Below, one piece after another: positions 12,383 through 26,074 of a stretch of DNA of 64,000 bases. The position numbers and the translations under genes are program-made. Below the pieces are notes generated by a model. The model ran no database searches, had not been told where the DNA came from, and worked only from the letters and a program-made list of their open reading frames with translations. Origin of the DNA: Botryllus schlosseri (lineage: Eukaryota). How positions within the stretch are numbered: position 1 is the first letter of the stretch; each line of letters begins with the position of its first letter. The stretch is from NCBI GenBank assembly GCA_051294905.1, contig CM119371.1:16990001-17054000 (forward strand). Direction: 5' to 3'.

Positions 12383-13386
12383 CTGTTTTGAAATTATGTT
12401 ATGGTCGCGTATATGTTTGCCAGGCAGCCAACTAGAATTTGCTAACACGATCACCGGAACCGAACAATAGCTGACATCATATAATACTGCAAGACGACGA
12501 GGTAAACAAACAGGTCAGATGAATTCCTCACTTGCGCTAAATCGAATCATCGATCTCTTGGGAATCGCGGTGAGGGATGCAGGTGAGGCCCTGCCCAAAT
12601 ATATGGCAAAATATGAGATGCGACAACAACCAGCCTCCTCACCAATTCTCGAGCAATGCCGAAAGTTTGAAAAACCTTCATTTACAGCAATGGAGTCGTG
12701 TCGATCGCCGTATATTTGCATAGCGTCATTGACTTTTGCAGACTCGTTTATACAGCTTTATTCAATTTGCTCGGCTCAGCTACACTGTCCAGATGGCACC
12801 ATGGTTTGTTTTGGTGCCGTGAAACAGCGCAGTAGAGCAATGGATGATTGTGTACTGAGTAAGCTACAGCTACTGACTGACAGTAACTTGAAATATTAAT
12901 GTATAATGCTACTGTCGCAGTGATTTGTGAAATCGAAATATGCGATTCGGGACACCAAAACCTAGTTTTAACAGTAGGGCACGGCGGAACGACGAATTCT
13001 CTAATCCGACTCCAATCTTGTTTTTTTTAAAATGAAGTCCTACTGCGATCCGTCTTCTTTCGTATCAAAATAAATGGATGAATCCAGCTTCAACCGGGTG
13101 CCGCCATATACAAGCGAGTCCAATATCGACCCCAGATATAACTAAATCATGAACACTCCCATATACCCCGTGCTTATCAAAAAGCACGAATCCAGCCCTG
13201 GCCTTTCAAATAAATTATATTTTAGAATCAGATCGAGCTCCGGTAAAAATTTAAAAAAATCGTCGGATATCCGAGTCCGTCGACTATCCATGCCTCGCTC
13301 TACTAAATAGTCAACGAATCGAAGAATAATATGTTTCGAGCAATATACTTCGACATAATAAGGATCTCATTCTCCATACTTGTTGC

Positions 13387-14290
13387 CAGGGGTGGTAAAT
13401 TATATTTGCCAATGAGCCAATTGATAAGTGGAAAATACTATGTTAAGCAGACCAAAGGTTCACACTACATTTTGTGACGTAATAAATTTATTTCCAAAAT
13501 GAAGGCAGTGAATAACATTGACTTTACAGGGTGGTAACTGGTACGGTAATGTGAAGGCGTGGGCTTATTTCTCACCTAAAACCAATAAAAATCACAGGTC
13601 GTGTGTACATTATCGACAAACAATGCTTGATCTATAACCGGCGTGAACAAACTGTGACTCTTTGACCTGATTTCAAATTGATGCATTCTATCAGGCATTA
13701 CCAATATGCGTATTGTTTTCTAGTATTTTCTTTTCTTATGGTCCTCACATTTGTAAAATTTAGTAAAAAGTGGCACCACAGAGATAGAACTTAGCAATTC
13801 AACTCTCGAATCGATTTCACATCAACGTTCCACCTGCAACAATCGTGCATGGTCAGCAGTGAGTGATATTTCATTGTGATCAACATTCAAACTTGATAAA
13901 TTGATCGCGGTGGCGCATGCCATAATTATTTTCTGTCTACCAATGGTAAATACGCTCTTCCATTTGTTTTGTATATGCTGGCAATTACATGTACTGCAGA
14001 GATTGGACAAGAAAATGTCATCAAGAGGTGATTGCAAGAAAATGAGATATGATCAGGAAAATATAACTTTAAGAACGGAATGGACAAGTTTGCATTCAGT
14101 GACAACTGAGGGAAGCCTTGTCTGTCAAGATTCGCTCGACAATTATCAAGATTGCACCTTCAAACGCCATTATACGAAACCAAAGACCATAACTTGGCCA
14201 CGAGTTACCCAACGAAGACAGATTGGCGGGAAGCGAATATTACCGAGCTTATGGCAGGATTAAAAGGAACTGCAACACACTGCCTTCGCG
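13387..14290 (+). mobile_element. 5' part of a decayed hAT transposon with a SPIN/GTF2IRD2-like transposase N-terminus
   Basis: Left end CAGGGGTGG at 13387; from ATG 14015 KKMRYDQEN..EW..VC..FKRHY, then frameshifted H..SYP..R..ITEL..L, resembling the BED-type N-terminus of that family. Confidence 0.6.
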
Positions 14291-14699
14291 TTCAATCAGC
14301 ATGATTTCAAATACCTCGTAGCCAAGTGGGGACTCAACGTATCACCACACAATACTAAACTTAATTCGATAGCCTATCCATTTCATTGTGACGTTATAAA
14401 TTGGTATTTTTGAATTTTTGTGTCACGAGACTTGAAACTAAGATTTTTGATTTACGGCTGCCGCCCCTGAACTATACTGTGCGGTATTATCACACTTACG
14501 TTGGTGGTTAAAAGCAACATTTATTCAAGTTGTTCAAAGAAGGCTTCACAGAGGAACATACTGTCTCTATAATTTGGCAATTCATCAATATTATATTATA
14601 TGCCTTATGCACATATTTTCCACATTCAAATTTAACGTTCCGCAGTTGAGGAATGGTATAGTGTTTTCCAAACTTTTTGTCAGTAGGCGCCCCCTCTAC

Positions 14700-15023
14700 T
14701 AGTGCGTAGCACGGATCACAGCCGGATCAGTACTTTATTGATTTAGCCAGAATCTTTGAAAATAAGCATGACTTTTGAAACTAAATAACTACCAACCAAC
14801 CACATGCATGTATCCGCCAAGCCAGTGCGAAAATAAACGAGCTGTATTTATAAATTCACGGAACCACGTACCGTGTAGGGCGGAGCATGGACCGGAGCCG
14901 GACTGGATATCCGACCAGAATTTTTCATTTTTGGTCGGAACCGGATCAGTACTTTTCCTGATACGGCCGGAGTCGGGTCGGAGCTGGACCAGAAAATTTG
15001 TCGATCCGTTCCGCACTACCCTA
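14700..15023. mobile_element. Degraded MITE with CCGGATC/GATCCG repeats
   Basis: Imperfect terminal inverted similarity (TAGTGCGTAGCACGGATC vs GATCCGTTCCGCACTACCCTA); TSD not confirmed. Confidence 0.45.
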
Positions 15024-16298
15024 CACGCGCTTACACAATGAAACGGACATTGTTCGCAATTTTCTACAACTAATGAGACGGATGAGACTGGTCTTTGGTC
15101 ACTTTCATCATGATATTGGCTTTTAGTTTTGATAAGACCGATCTCAGATCACTACGTCCTACTATGTCACGTGGGCTTTTGATCTGGGCCTGGGCCTGGG
15201 GAGCAACGAGAATAAATTTAACCAGTCAGGAATTTCTAATAGGAGTTTATCCTGAAACTAAATTACCATGTCCTAATGCAGTTTTTAAAAATAAATGCCG
15301 TCTACTTCTACGTCAACATCAGATATGCAGGCAGGACCACTATCAAGCTTGGGAAAGCTTCATCAATTGTTTCAATAGTATAGTATAGTATTTTCAGGTA
15401 GTCCAAATGTTGTTTGTTGCAATTGTTACACTACTAGTTACAGGAACTGTGTCTGCGATTGCTACGGCATGCTTTGCCATATACTTTATTTTTGAACCTT
15501 GATCGCACAGACGACGTGCGTAGGTCGTAGGTTACGCACAAACAGTTTTTAAAAGCATTCCCGGTGTATTTTATACCAGCGCTTCTCATAGTATGGATCG
15601 CAACCCAAACATAGGTCGCGAAGGATATAAATGTGGGTCGCGAGCACACCAGAAAGATCTTTTATGATGTAAGTAATATTTGCTAAATTTCTTGCAACGA
15701 ATATTTTCCTCGCGTCTCGTGCGATCTCCTGTGGATAGACTCGAATTACTTTGTCCAAACTAATTGGTTTAGAAGATTTCTAATCTGTCACACAAGCAGA
15801 AGAGTGGTTGTGACACTATGGCTTGAACATGAAAGTCATGGTTATACACAAATTGGTTTGCTGTTATGGTAGGGGTAGGGTAAAGGAAGGGAAACAACGG
15901 TACCGTAGATTCCGAACCCCATATTTCTGAATAAATCTAACTGTTGTCGCAATCGTGAAAGAACGGTATGTTCGTTCGAATGCTTTTCTAGGATTTATTA
16001 TATGTGGATGTGCGACCATTAGACAGGCCCTTTGCGCGCCAGCAGGACACTTGACAATATGAAATTTACACCAACATGCGGCTAGGCAAAGCGTGGTTCC
16101 CTTAATGACAGTCGCTGGTTGGCCAAACCCGTCGATATCGATATGTCCGCTCGTCGAAATGGCTGGCACCGAATAATCCCGATTACTCTTAATTTTAAAT
16201 CGCTTGCGTCACACATGTTTCTTAGAACTGCGTTTCGTACGGTCGTGTTTCCACACCTTTACTCATATATGATTGTATAAACGTACCACACCAACATT

Positions 16299-16708
16299 TA
16301 GGGCTGCATTTAAAACAAACGGTGTTTTAAAACACTTTTTATATAAAGGCCTTTTTGAACAAAACAAAATTGTGTTGTTTTAAGTTGTATAATTATGCCA
16401 TAATTGTGTTAATACTTTCCAAAAAACATATTGCTTAAGCCTACGGACAATTATACCACTCGATATAGCCGACATATAACGATGTGGGATGGTCGGAACC
16501 CTCAAAATGGTCGGTTCAACAGCAATAGTGCAGATATTTCGTTAAAGGAGCTTTATCTACCCTATAGTTTTAATTGTCAATGTCAATCCACTATGACGTC
16601 GTAATTAAATATTCTTGACGTCCTGGCTTTAACAAATAAAAAAAAATAAACACATGTATTCAACAATGGATTTCTTTTGAATTGATTTTTATTTTAAATG
16701 TAACCCTA
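16299..16708. mobile_element. MITE, TAGGGTTGCATTTAAAAC family (inverted relative to 2245)
   Basis: Both TIRs; internal homology to 2245-2672; TSD-like CCAACATT/CTAACATT offset by 2 nt. Confidence 0.85.
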
Positions 16709-16971
16709 TACTAACATTACAAATACATAAGTCGGATGTACGAGGCTAGGTTAGCCAGATGCCAATAAAACAAAAATTTTGATCGTGATCTAAAAAGTTT
16801 AGGAACCACTGTTCTATACAGTGTGAGATTATAGTCCACGCCGTAGCACTCCAAAGTAGTATTTTTCCAATTCAAAGGAACTTTATACCGTACTTGATAC
16901 AGGATAGGGAAATGCATAAAAATACTCAATTCCGTATTTTCGGAATATAAATAAATTAGTCATGTATTCAC

Positions 16972-17169
16972 CTTTAACGCCCGAAGGTAAATCCCAATTT
17001 TCGTCTGAGTCGAACTTTCGTCTTCTCTCTGTTACTGCTGTTTGTATTGGTTTTATAATATCAATAGTGATGTATAGTAATGGAGAAAGATGAGTAATAC
17101 CTGGCTTGTCCGAACATTCGGCTTGACACATGGAACTTGGTGGCGATGCGGAAGGTGCGATGTCATTCC
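16972..17169 (-). CDS. Two candidate mini-exons (17169-17101, 17037-16972) of the NACHT gene 5' region
   Basis: Both phase 1-1 and open, separated by a 63-nt GT-AG intron: GNDIAPSASPP...DKP / AVTERRRKFDSDENWDLPSGVK. Confidence 0.45.
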
Positions 17170-17469
17170 CTGGTAGCAAATTTATGTTTAATATAGGCCT
17201 AATCAAGATTTTAGTCGTTACAATTGGGACTGGTCGAAAGTATATCTGTCTTTACTGCATGATTCGATTATGATTCGAGTATGATAGAGATAAGCTACTG
17301 CTCATAGAGTCATCCACGGAAAGAAGAAACCTATCGATTTCGAATATTAAAAATAATCGGACGTTGTTTATTTTTGTGGTTGATGTTTTGTTTCATATAA
17401 AACGACTCATGATATATATACAGACGATATGCGAATATGCACACTATGATTGCATGAAGTGCATACTCC

Positions 17470-17640
17470 GCCGGGTAAGCAGATTACAGAAATAACCTTT
17501 TAAGGCTTATATCACCCTTTCCATGCTATCCCGGAAATGCTGCGCCCCAAGCGGTGAAGCCAAGGATACCAGTTTTACTGAACAGGGCTGTGGTCTGACC
17601 CGGCCGGACATTTGAACCTACAAACTACCGAATGCGTACC
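17470..17640 (-). mobile_element. tRNA-derived SINE-like fragment
   Basis: Minus strand GGTTCAAATGTCCGGCCGGGTCAGACC (B-box-like) followed by a non-tRNA body. Confidence 0.45.
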
Positions 17641-17737
17641 GTTTATGCGATCAGAACGATATAATCACGTTTAATTCGTCATAAATATTTTGCATTTGTA
17701 AATCAAATTACATGTAGGCCTAGTGTATGTCATAGAG

Positions 17738-19299
17738 CAGAGGTCTCAAACTCAAATGTGCCCGCGGGCAATTTCCTCGTTTCTGATGACGCCGCGGGCC
17801 GCATCATCAATCTTCGGGATATTCATTGTATAATTTCCAAGTAGGCCTTATTTGACGGTACCTTGCAGACAGGCATTCCAAAAACATCGTGGAATTGTAA
17901 TTTATTAGTGCATTATTCACGCTTGACGCGGAGCAAAAATCACAATTTCAAATATTTGAATAAAATTATTTTCGTGCCGGGCATAATTTTTCTAATTAAT
18001 GAGTTATATAGACATCATACGACAGGATGCATCATGACATCGTTAAACTGTCGGGTTATAATATTGCAGCTAGTAGACCTTTGACGTGCCACAATTTTAT
18101 GCATTAGAATATTTCAAAATCTACTGAAAATTGATTTGATATCAAAGCATTTGAGCGGTATAGCCTAATCCTGGTTTTGATAAAATCGTGATAAGTACAT
18201 AGGCCATTGTTAAAGTCAAATTAAATCAGCGTTAGATTTTGCCCTCGATTAACATCAATAACAACTTTGATATAATTATTATTGAGCCATAGCAATAGCA
18301 TTACTTCTTAACCTTTTTAGCGATTGTACCCCTTGTGCTTCCAATGAGATTTCTCCTAGCCGCTGTCCATTTTCAACACAATTTATGATGGTACCTATAT
18401 TAAAATCAGAAAACCCATTCACTTAAAATCGCTCATAGCGCGAAGGCTATTTTCCAGTTGAAAAAATTGGCCAAGAAAATATTCCACAGCATATTGGCCT
18501 AATTCCACAATGCATCTCCAACACCCAGATGTGGCGCTTCCGTACCCCGATGGGGTCTACGGACCCTGGTTAAGAACCTCAGGAATATAAATGTCCAATC
18601 GGCGAATAATTCATTGGTGTTACTAGTTACAGCTGTAGAGCGTACTACTACCCTACTCGCCACCGATAATAACATGGATAAAGAGAGCAAACAACACCCA
18701 CCATGTAAACAACTATGAGTCATGGGGCTCATAGAATGCCAATGGTGTCATACTGACCTGATTAGATAGCTATATACATACCCTATGCAACGCAATCCAG
18801 GCCTTTTTGATATATTACTAATTCCCATGACAGTTGCGTAGATTGTTGCGTCCGTAGGATTAACAAGTCACCGTTCCGAGTCGCAAGTCCTTCTCTAATT
18901 TTAACGTTAGACCCGACTCAACTCGAGTCATTTGTATTTAATCACCCAGTCAATCCGAAATCGAATAATTTTACGAGAAGGATGCTTCAAACCAAATCAT
19001 AATTTTCAGTCACGAATTATCAACGGGTCATGTTTATCATCATGAACTAGAAATGTGACGCAATAGCTGATCTACTACCGCATGGTAGCTTTTAAAGGTG
19101 ACGTGATAGTGAAGTTTGTTGAGATGTCAGTGATGTGTATGGTAGTTTCAGGGTGAACATCAAGTTCTTATATCTAAAAAAGATATATGACACTTGAATG
19201 TATTGTTGAATACTTGAAATTCCAAAATGCCGTCGCAGGCCGTACAAAATGCTCTCGTTGTCCGCATGCGGCCCGCGTGCCGCGTGTTTGAGACCTCTG
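17738..19299. mobile_element. Non-autonomous hAT, CAGAGGTCTCAAAC family (1562 bp)
   Basis: TIRs CAGAGGTCTCAAAC / GTTTGAGACCTCTG; perfect TSD TCATAGAG. Confidence 0.95.
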
Positions 19300-19537
19300 T
19301 CATAGAGCATTGCGCGAGAATGATTGCAAGTTTACACTACTTCGCAAAAATAACATGGGTAACATAATATCCTTTACTAACACATCAACAAGGAGTAGTG
19401 TATTTGAATCATTATCATCTATCCACTGGACTGAGTGTAACAGTACAATTATATGTCAAAAAATGTCGATGGCTTGATCTACACCCGATGGAATATACGC
19501 TACTTTCTTGAAATGTGGTGGATGCAACTATTTCCAC

Positions 19538-19779
19538 CTATGAATTTAGAGTCCATTGGGCAGAAATTCACGGCATTACATCTAACTGCATTTTGTTGAG
19601 CAGCAGCAACCACCAATGTTTTGAATACCTCTGCTGTTGCGACAAATCGAGGTTTCACGGTTGTTATGGTGGGATATATTCCAATTTGTGTTCACAATAT
19701 AATATACTCTACCTGACTTGGAAGAATTTGAAGGCTCGGTCTCAGGGCTTGCGGCATCTCCAACAAACGCCCTCTGTAT
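19538..19779 (-). CDS. Two candidate mini-exons (19779-19713, 19633-19538)
   Basis: tttcAG|ATA...CAG|GTagag, 79-nt intron, caacAG|CAG...TAG|GTggaa; open and phase-compatible with the 17169 exon. Confidence 0.42.
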
Positions 19780-20125
19780 CTGAAATAAAATGGCGTAATA
19801 GGTTTGATAATTCCCGCGGTTTTGTATTATTTAGGTACAAGCCCGGATTGCATGGCGTTTCAAAATTCGATTCTCTGGAAGAGACGATCACCACTGGTCT
19901 CGGCCAGGCGCTCACAGTGTAGGCTAATTGGCAGATAGGCGCCGACTTTTATCTATGGAGTGGCGGCAAGCGCGTAGCCACGGGGCTGTCGAAACCCCCC
20001 TTCTGAAACGCACAATCCCGTCCTTTTGAAATGACCACTCTGTCGCTAATATTTAGTTGCAATTCAACAAGTCGCAATATAGGCATTACGCGCAGCCGCG
20101 ACCAATTAGCAAGATTCGTCTAGAG

Positions 20126-20717
20126 CAGAGGTCTCAAGCACGCGGCCCGCCAGAGCATTTTGTGCGGTCCGCGACGACATTTTTGATTTTTAATAATTTG
20201 ACAATATCTAAGTGTCACATATAGCTTTTCAGGTTATAAAGTCAAAATTCCTGCTTAAATTGCTCCGAAAGCCTGAAACTATTCATCAAACTTCACCATC
20301 ACATCTATTGCAAACGCTACCATGCAGGGGAAGATTCACTATTTCGCCACATTTCCAATCCATGATGACAAAACCTGACCCTTAGACGTTTCGTGACTGA
20401 AATTTGTAAGTTGGAATTGGACGCGACCTTTCTTAGAATTACTCAGACTCGGGCTGACTCGATGGAAAATGAAAATGACTCGAGTTGACTCGGAGTGACT
20501 CGGAATGCCGTGAATTTGTTAGAACCATGGACGCAACAAACGCGTATCAGGGAAATAGTTATAAATAAGAAGGTCGCAGCTTGGTATTTCGCTGTATTAG
20601 ATTATGTTCTCTTTTTGACATCACGAAAAGTTTAGGGGGGGGGTCAAGGGGGACGCAATATTTTCGACCATCCCCAATGGGGGCGTATGTCCAAAAAGGT
20701 GTAAAGAAAAACCGCTG
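20126..20717. mobile_element. Truncated CAGAGGTCTC-family element joined to the right end of the 39103-40440 family
   Basis: 20126-~20580 aligns to 31279-31755; ~20600-20717 aligns to 40330-40440. Confidence 0.75.
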
Positions 20718-22959
20718 GTATAAAGAAAGTGTAAACATCGGGGAAGAAAATAGCACTGACAGAATCATGAGAGAATCTTGCCGCGAGCTCCGCGAGAAGT
20801 CCTTTCTGGGCTGAGCAATATACTCTTGCCAATATTTACGCAGTTAAAGGATCTGATTTAATAATGTGTTTTTGATACGAGACTACCATGCTACGCGGAG
20901 TAGAGTTTAATTCATTTTAGTCTTAGCCTGTTAAGTGCTACTTTACTATGTATAATGGGTTTTGTGGTGTTTGAGTAGCAGGGTCTTGAGCACCAGACTT
21001 GCGCGAGCTGTAATTAAACCATATGCGTCTACTCAGTAAAACAAATTCTACGACCGGAAGAGCCATGCGCGGATCCGTAATTACTAATTAGACACTCCTA
21101 AGTTTAAGGTGCTCGATCCAGTTAAATATTTTCCCTATGCTGAGTGCTGACGCACAAGAAATTTTAACTACAGACATATTTACGCAAAATTATGATTGGA
21201 AGCAATATTCAACATTCTACACAATTTTTTATGTACAGTCGGAAAGGATGCCTGAGAGTCAATAACCGAGTTTACCTGCGTCTGCGTTGACGTGACGTTT
21301 GTCGAATTGATGGAATCTAAATATAATGGTATTTCTGTTTTTTTGCAATTTACAAAATTATCACATAATATTTGACAAGACAACACTATGACAATCCTAA
21401 TACTCCAGCACTCCACTGTCTATTGAATCAACTAATACCTGACTATTAGTATTCGATCTCGGCGCATTCCTTCAATAAATTACCGAACAATTATTTGCGT
21501 TACCGAAGGTTAGTAGTACTAGTACGTCCGAAAATAACATTTATTTCCAACACGACTTGGATATGCAGGATTCGGAGTATGTTGCTAAAGTCCAGAGATG
21601 ATTTTACAAATATCCGCGAACCATTCGTATCAATATTTGCACTGTACATGCCAACCCTTCAAGGTCCGATACTGCTGAATTAACCCTGTCAAATATCTTC
21701 CAGCAAATGCCATATTAGCGGCTAGTGTGTATTAGTGGATTGTGAATACCGTCAGTGTGACATGAGTACCGACGGATACAATACCTTGCATACAAACGTG
21801 AAGGACAAACTCAATTTTTCTCCTCTGTCAGAAGTTAGTTAGGCTACCACACGGCACCATGAAAAGCCGATATAGGAGCTTGCAATGGATATTGTATGAG
21901 GTATCGAGATGGACCACACATACCTTTATTTCATACATTGTTTGGGGTTGAATGGGGTGCACCATAATCGTTACGGAGGAGCCGTCAGCATAAAGTCGAC
22001 ATTAAAGTTGAAAACATCCCACCTCTGTCTACAAATTAATCGTGGATGCTGGAAATTACTACGTAGGCGAATTATTGTAAAACAAACATTTTTTTGAAAT
22101 ATTCGTGACACTGTTTGGAATAGTCAAACCGGACTTACTAGACGGTCGTCTATATATTTTCGGCTTCGGTGCTAAAGCTGGTGGTAGCTTCTTTTCTCCT
22201 GGGGTCGACGGCTGTACGAAGAGAGCTTCAAACATTGTGTTTCGATTCAAAGCTACACCTGCCTATAGAAATACCTTGGATGTTTCAGTGCTTTGCTTGA
22301 CATGAGACATTTTGCCGGGTCAAGTATTGACCTGCTTATCTCCTGGCAAAACTGCCGTTTCTACATCAATAATTTCAGTATCAATTTGAAGTCGAAACTA
22401 TGAAAATCTGAACAATAAGAATAATCGTTACGAGGAGACTTTTTTAAGATTCACAGCAAATCTATTTCTCCGAATTGAAATATACCCGGAGTATTCAGAG
22501 TAGATAGGGTTACTTACAACCAGAGTTGGATCATTTGTAATTGAGCCGAGCTCCCTAATAATCAAGGAGTGGTATGGTATGGTATGGAAATTTTCAAGTG
22601 AAATTTTCCACATTATACTCTTCCATACTATGGCAGTTTTTCGAGAACCATGACAATGAACCCTATTTCAATTAGTCAAATTGATTGCATACTTCAGAAA
22701 ATCATTCAATGTCTATTTTCATATTTCAAATTGCGATTCATGACTCACCCACTCCGGCCCACATCTATTTGAAGAAAACAAAGTACTGCAACTCGCATAT
22801 GAAGAAAAAGAAAATTAATGATAAATATTCCAATCTGAATATGATTTAAGAACGTTTTATATTCGACTGTTGTTGCCTTACAACAAGCATTATTATCCGT
22901 CCAAACTTGCCCATTTAGCACCGTAGCGACCAATCCTATATGTATTGTATAATGTGGAA

Positions 22960-23124
22960 TTGCAACGGCTATCAGTGTGCAAAGAAAATGCTCTCTATAC
23001 CCACTGCTGTTGGTATTCACATTTTGGATCGCTATATCAGGTAGGTTACTTTACGTGCGTGCATGTTTGGGTGTGAGTGGGGGGTCCGTGCCTCACCAGC
23101 CATGAACCTCACCGCACGTCACTG
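22960..23124. mobile_element. Right end of a CAGTGACGTGCG-family element
   Basis: Aligns to 56160-56333; ends CCGCACGTCACTG. Confidence 0.75.
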
Positions 23125-24321
23125 CCAGGGTGTAGGAAACATCCGGTTGAAGATCCCTGTACTAGACGGCAACGCCTCAGGCTTTTCAAGTTCTGTACCG
23201 GATTAAGGAAGCTCAAAAGTCAGCGCAGGTGTCCGCACTGTCTACAACTCAGCAAAACCAACCCCAAAAATGCTAATTTCAATGTTTTTTATTTCAAACG
23301 GAGGCATTTAGCGGCTACAATCGTAAATCTGAGTCTGTTGAATTTGACTATCTGTTTGAATTAGAAATGGAAATGTATATATAGGCACAAACGCCGAACA
23401 AACACTCCACATTCCACAAGATCATTAACAGCGTACCGCGTTATACTTGAGTAAATTAATACAAGTTTGTCTTATATATTGTAGCGTTGTCAAATGAAGA
23501 CAATCCACCGTGCTTTTACGATAATTATTGTGTCAGTTAATATCCGTAATAGGATTACAGGTTATTTGAAAATACCAAGATGCGGTTATGTAGTCAACGT
23601 TGTTACTCATGTGGAGGTATAGAAGTAACGCCGTAAATTTATACTCGATTAACACTAGAAGTAGCTAATTCCAAGACGGGTCATCTGATCTCATTCCTTT
23701 CAAAGGATACCGCGAAATCACAATCCAATTAGTGGTCCTTGCGTAGCATCAGCAGCATTAAATGACATTTATAATGTTACATTTTAGTTGCATTCATTAT
23801 GGGTTAATTTTGAGTTTTGAAATTTTACCGGTCCGCGACATTTTTTGATGGTCCACGAGGTCAAAACCTTGAGAACGAATGGTCCACGGATCATTTCATC
23901 GTTGTCATACCAAATACCATACACAAACACACCCACTATGACAGCAGCGAATCAATTCTGGCATAATACGATTTACGAAAAATTAACAAAAAGTATATAC
24001 ATCAACGGGTGAACTTTTCAATATTGGTGATTGTAGGCTACTTATTTTTTTGCTATTACGTTTTATCGCCTCTCGGCATACGTGATCAATAGGGAAAGTT
24101 TTTGCAACTTTTTTCACAGCTTCCGGAAGCTTCCTAAATACTTAGAAGTTATGTAGTATGGTGTTTAGCTGTATTTGAGGAATCTTATATTGCAAATTTT
24201 TGCATCTTTTTGATTTTTCACGAGACTTTTTGCAACTTTTTTCGAATTTTCATATGACCTCTTGCAAGATTTTTGATTTATAGTCCAACTAACTTTTTGT
24301 TGGAAATATTTCATACTATAT

Positions 24322-25040
24322 CAGGGCCGGCCAACCCGTGGCCCGCGGGCCACATGTGACCCGCGAGAAGGTTTTGAGTGGCCCGCGAGATAATTTCCGA
24401 AATTTATAATGTTATCAAAAATGGATTGCACAGATTGTGAACTTGTGAGGCCAACCAAAAATTTGATTAGTCTGGCCGCAACACTTAGATGTGATGACTA
24501 AAATATCAGTTCCGACGCATTGGCAGATCCACGAACCAGTGACATATTCGCAGATCTCCGTACACTACAATAAAGCAGAATAATTTGTGATAGATTTATC
24601 AAAAGTAAAAATTTTCTACACGCTTCGCGCAACCTGTTGTCACTCGATTTCTTGCTTTTAATATTGTTGCCCCTTTGTGAAAATGAAAGAACGCCTAATA
24701 TATATCAGATTGAATTTCACTATATTCGCGTTTCCGGGATGTCGTTCAACATATGCGACTTTGCGTTTGCACTCGCAGAAAGACCGTCGACTATGAAACC
24801 TAGGCACAAAATGATTGACGGATGTTGGTCGAAACTTTCGATATCGAAATGTCCAGACGTCAATAGCCCATTCCTTGCAAACTGAGCCCAGCGATATACA
24901 GCAGGCCTGCAATATAGTCACTTGACAATATTATTGACCTGTGAACCTCAAAAAATTTTCGCGCTTCGCGCGGCTAGTGGCCCGCGCAACTGTTCGTCAA
25001 TCGAATGTGGCCCTTTGGCTGAAAAGGTTGGCCAGCCCTG
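24322..25040. mobile_element. Nested hAT MITE
   Basis: TIRs CAGGGCCGGCCAACC / GGTTGGCCAGCCCTG; perfect TSD TACTATAT. Confidence 0.93.
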
Positions 25041-25108
25041 TACTATATTTGAATAGATCGCTTGTTTATTCACTGTCGTATAAATTTGGCGTCCTTTCTG
25101 ATTTGACA

Positions 25109-26074
25109 TAGGGGAGATGTGGTACCGATGGATCAAAAATTGGAAAATGATCGCTGGCCCAAAAATGTTCAGCCGAAAACAGCAGATCTTTTGCTGGCTC
25201 AGCACTTTGATACAAGCTCTACCTATCGCGCACATATACATGAATATCCGTCTTTTCAAAAAATATTTATGGACGTTTAAAATTTGTTGCTCGAACGTGT
25301 CATCGGTCCCCACCCGGTGGGTCCAATGGCACACGACCCGGGGACCTATGACACATATACCCGAAAAAACTCAGATGTGACAACTTTTCCTGCTAAGTAT
25401 TATAATCTAAGCTACAGCAAGCCAATAAAGAATTTTCGGTCGCAACCGTCAAAAAATAGAATAAATATTGACTCAAATGTTGTCATAAAAACACGTTTCG
25501 ATTTAGGCTCGGACTTATAAATTTGAGGGTACAGACATATTGTCCGAAAATCGACAGTGTGACTTCCAAATACCTCGTTATAGCGATAAAACATCATATG
25601 CAATTATTACATATAGATTTTCTGTACGTAGTCATGTTTCATTTGTTTCATGATTAGTATGCTTGATTATTTTGCTTGATTTGGCTATTGTATCATCGGC
25701 CCCCACCCTACTAATTTTGTACATGAATCGAAAAAAAAATCCACTCAAGGAAAGTACTGAAAAAAATAATAGGTTCCATTATATAGCCTGATACAAGCCC
25801 TAGACTTCACAATAAAAATCATTGCTGGTTTGTTCGTGTTGAAGGTTACAAAGAAAAATGTATATGTCGATCTAAATTTAGTTTACACCCGCCAAAACAA
25901 AAAACATCTGTGAAAAACCCCGTATTTCGCGCCGTTGAATTTATTTGTATGTGAGGAAAGATGTTGCCAGCATGCAATTGTAGACAAGTTCACGGAGTGT
26001 AATCATGGAATTATCATAGAGAATTTTCAAAGTATTTTCGGTCCCAGTGATCCATCGGTACCACATCTCCCCTA
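25109..26074. mobile_element. Nested TIR element, probably Tc1/mariner-pogo superfamily, non-autonomous
   Basis: Perfect 27-bp inverted termini TAGGGGAGATGTGGTACCGATGGATCA; terminal TA may be the TSD; no 8-bp TSD. Confidence 0.85.

Larger units (their letters stand above)
1691..19779 (-). pseudogene. Multi-exon NACHT/STAND NTPase (NLR-like) locus, partly decayed
   Basis: Open NACHT exon 12382-11229; clean phase-0 exons 7114-6959 and 6306-6112; disrupted exons ~9333-8199 and 4735-~1691; candidate 5' mini-exons 19779-16972. Linking all pieces into one gene is inferred from strand and splice phase. Confidence 0.6.

Noticed and set aside
12519..12899. 126-aa plus-strand ORF, or a minus-strand death-fold exon upstream of NACHT
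   Set aside because: No recognisable motifs in any frame; a phase-compatible donor exists near 12531 but the coding frame cannot be fixed.
15549..16230. Further minus-strand exons of the NACHT gene
   Set aside because: Splice-like sites are present but no stop-free, phase-consistent path was found.
19515..19922. 135-aa plus-strand ORF as a gene
   Set aside because: No domain features; better explained as the antisense of candidate mini-exons.
21180..21416. Signal-peptide-like ORF
   Set aside because: Non-ATG start and no supporting splice structure or homology.
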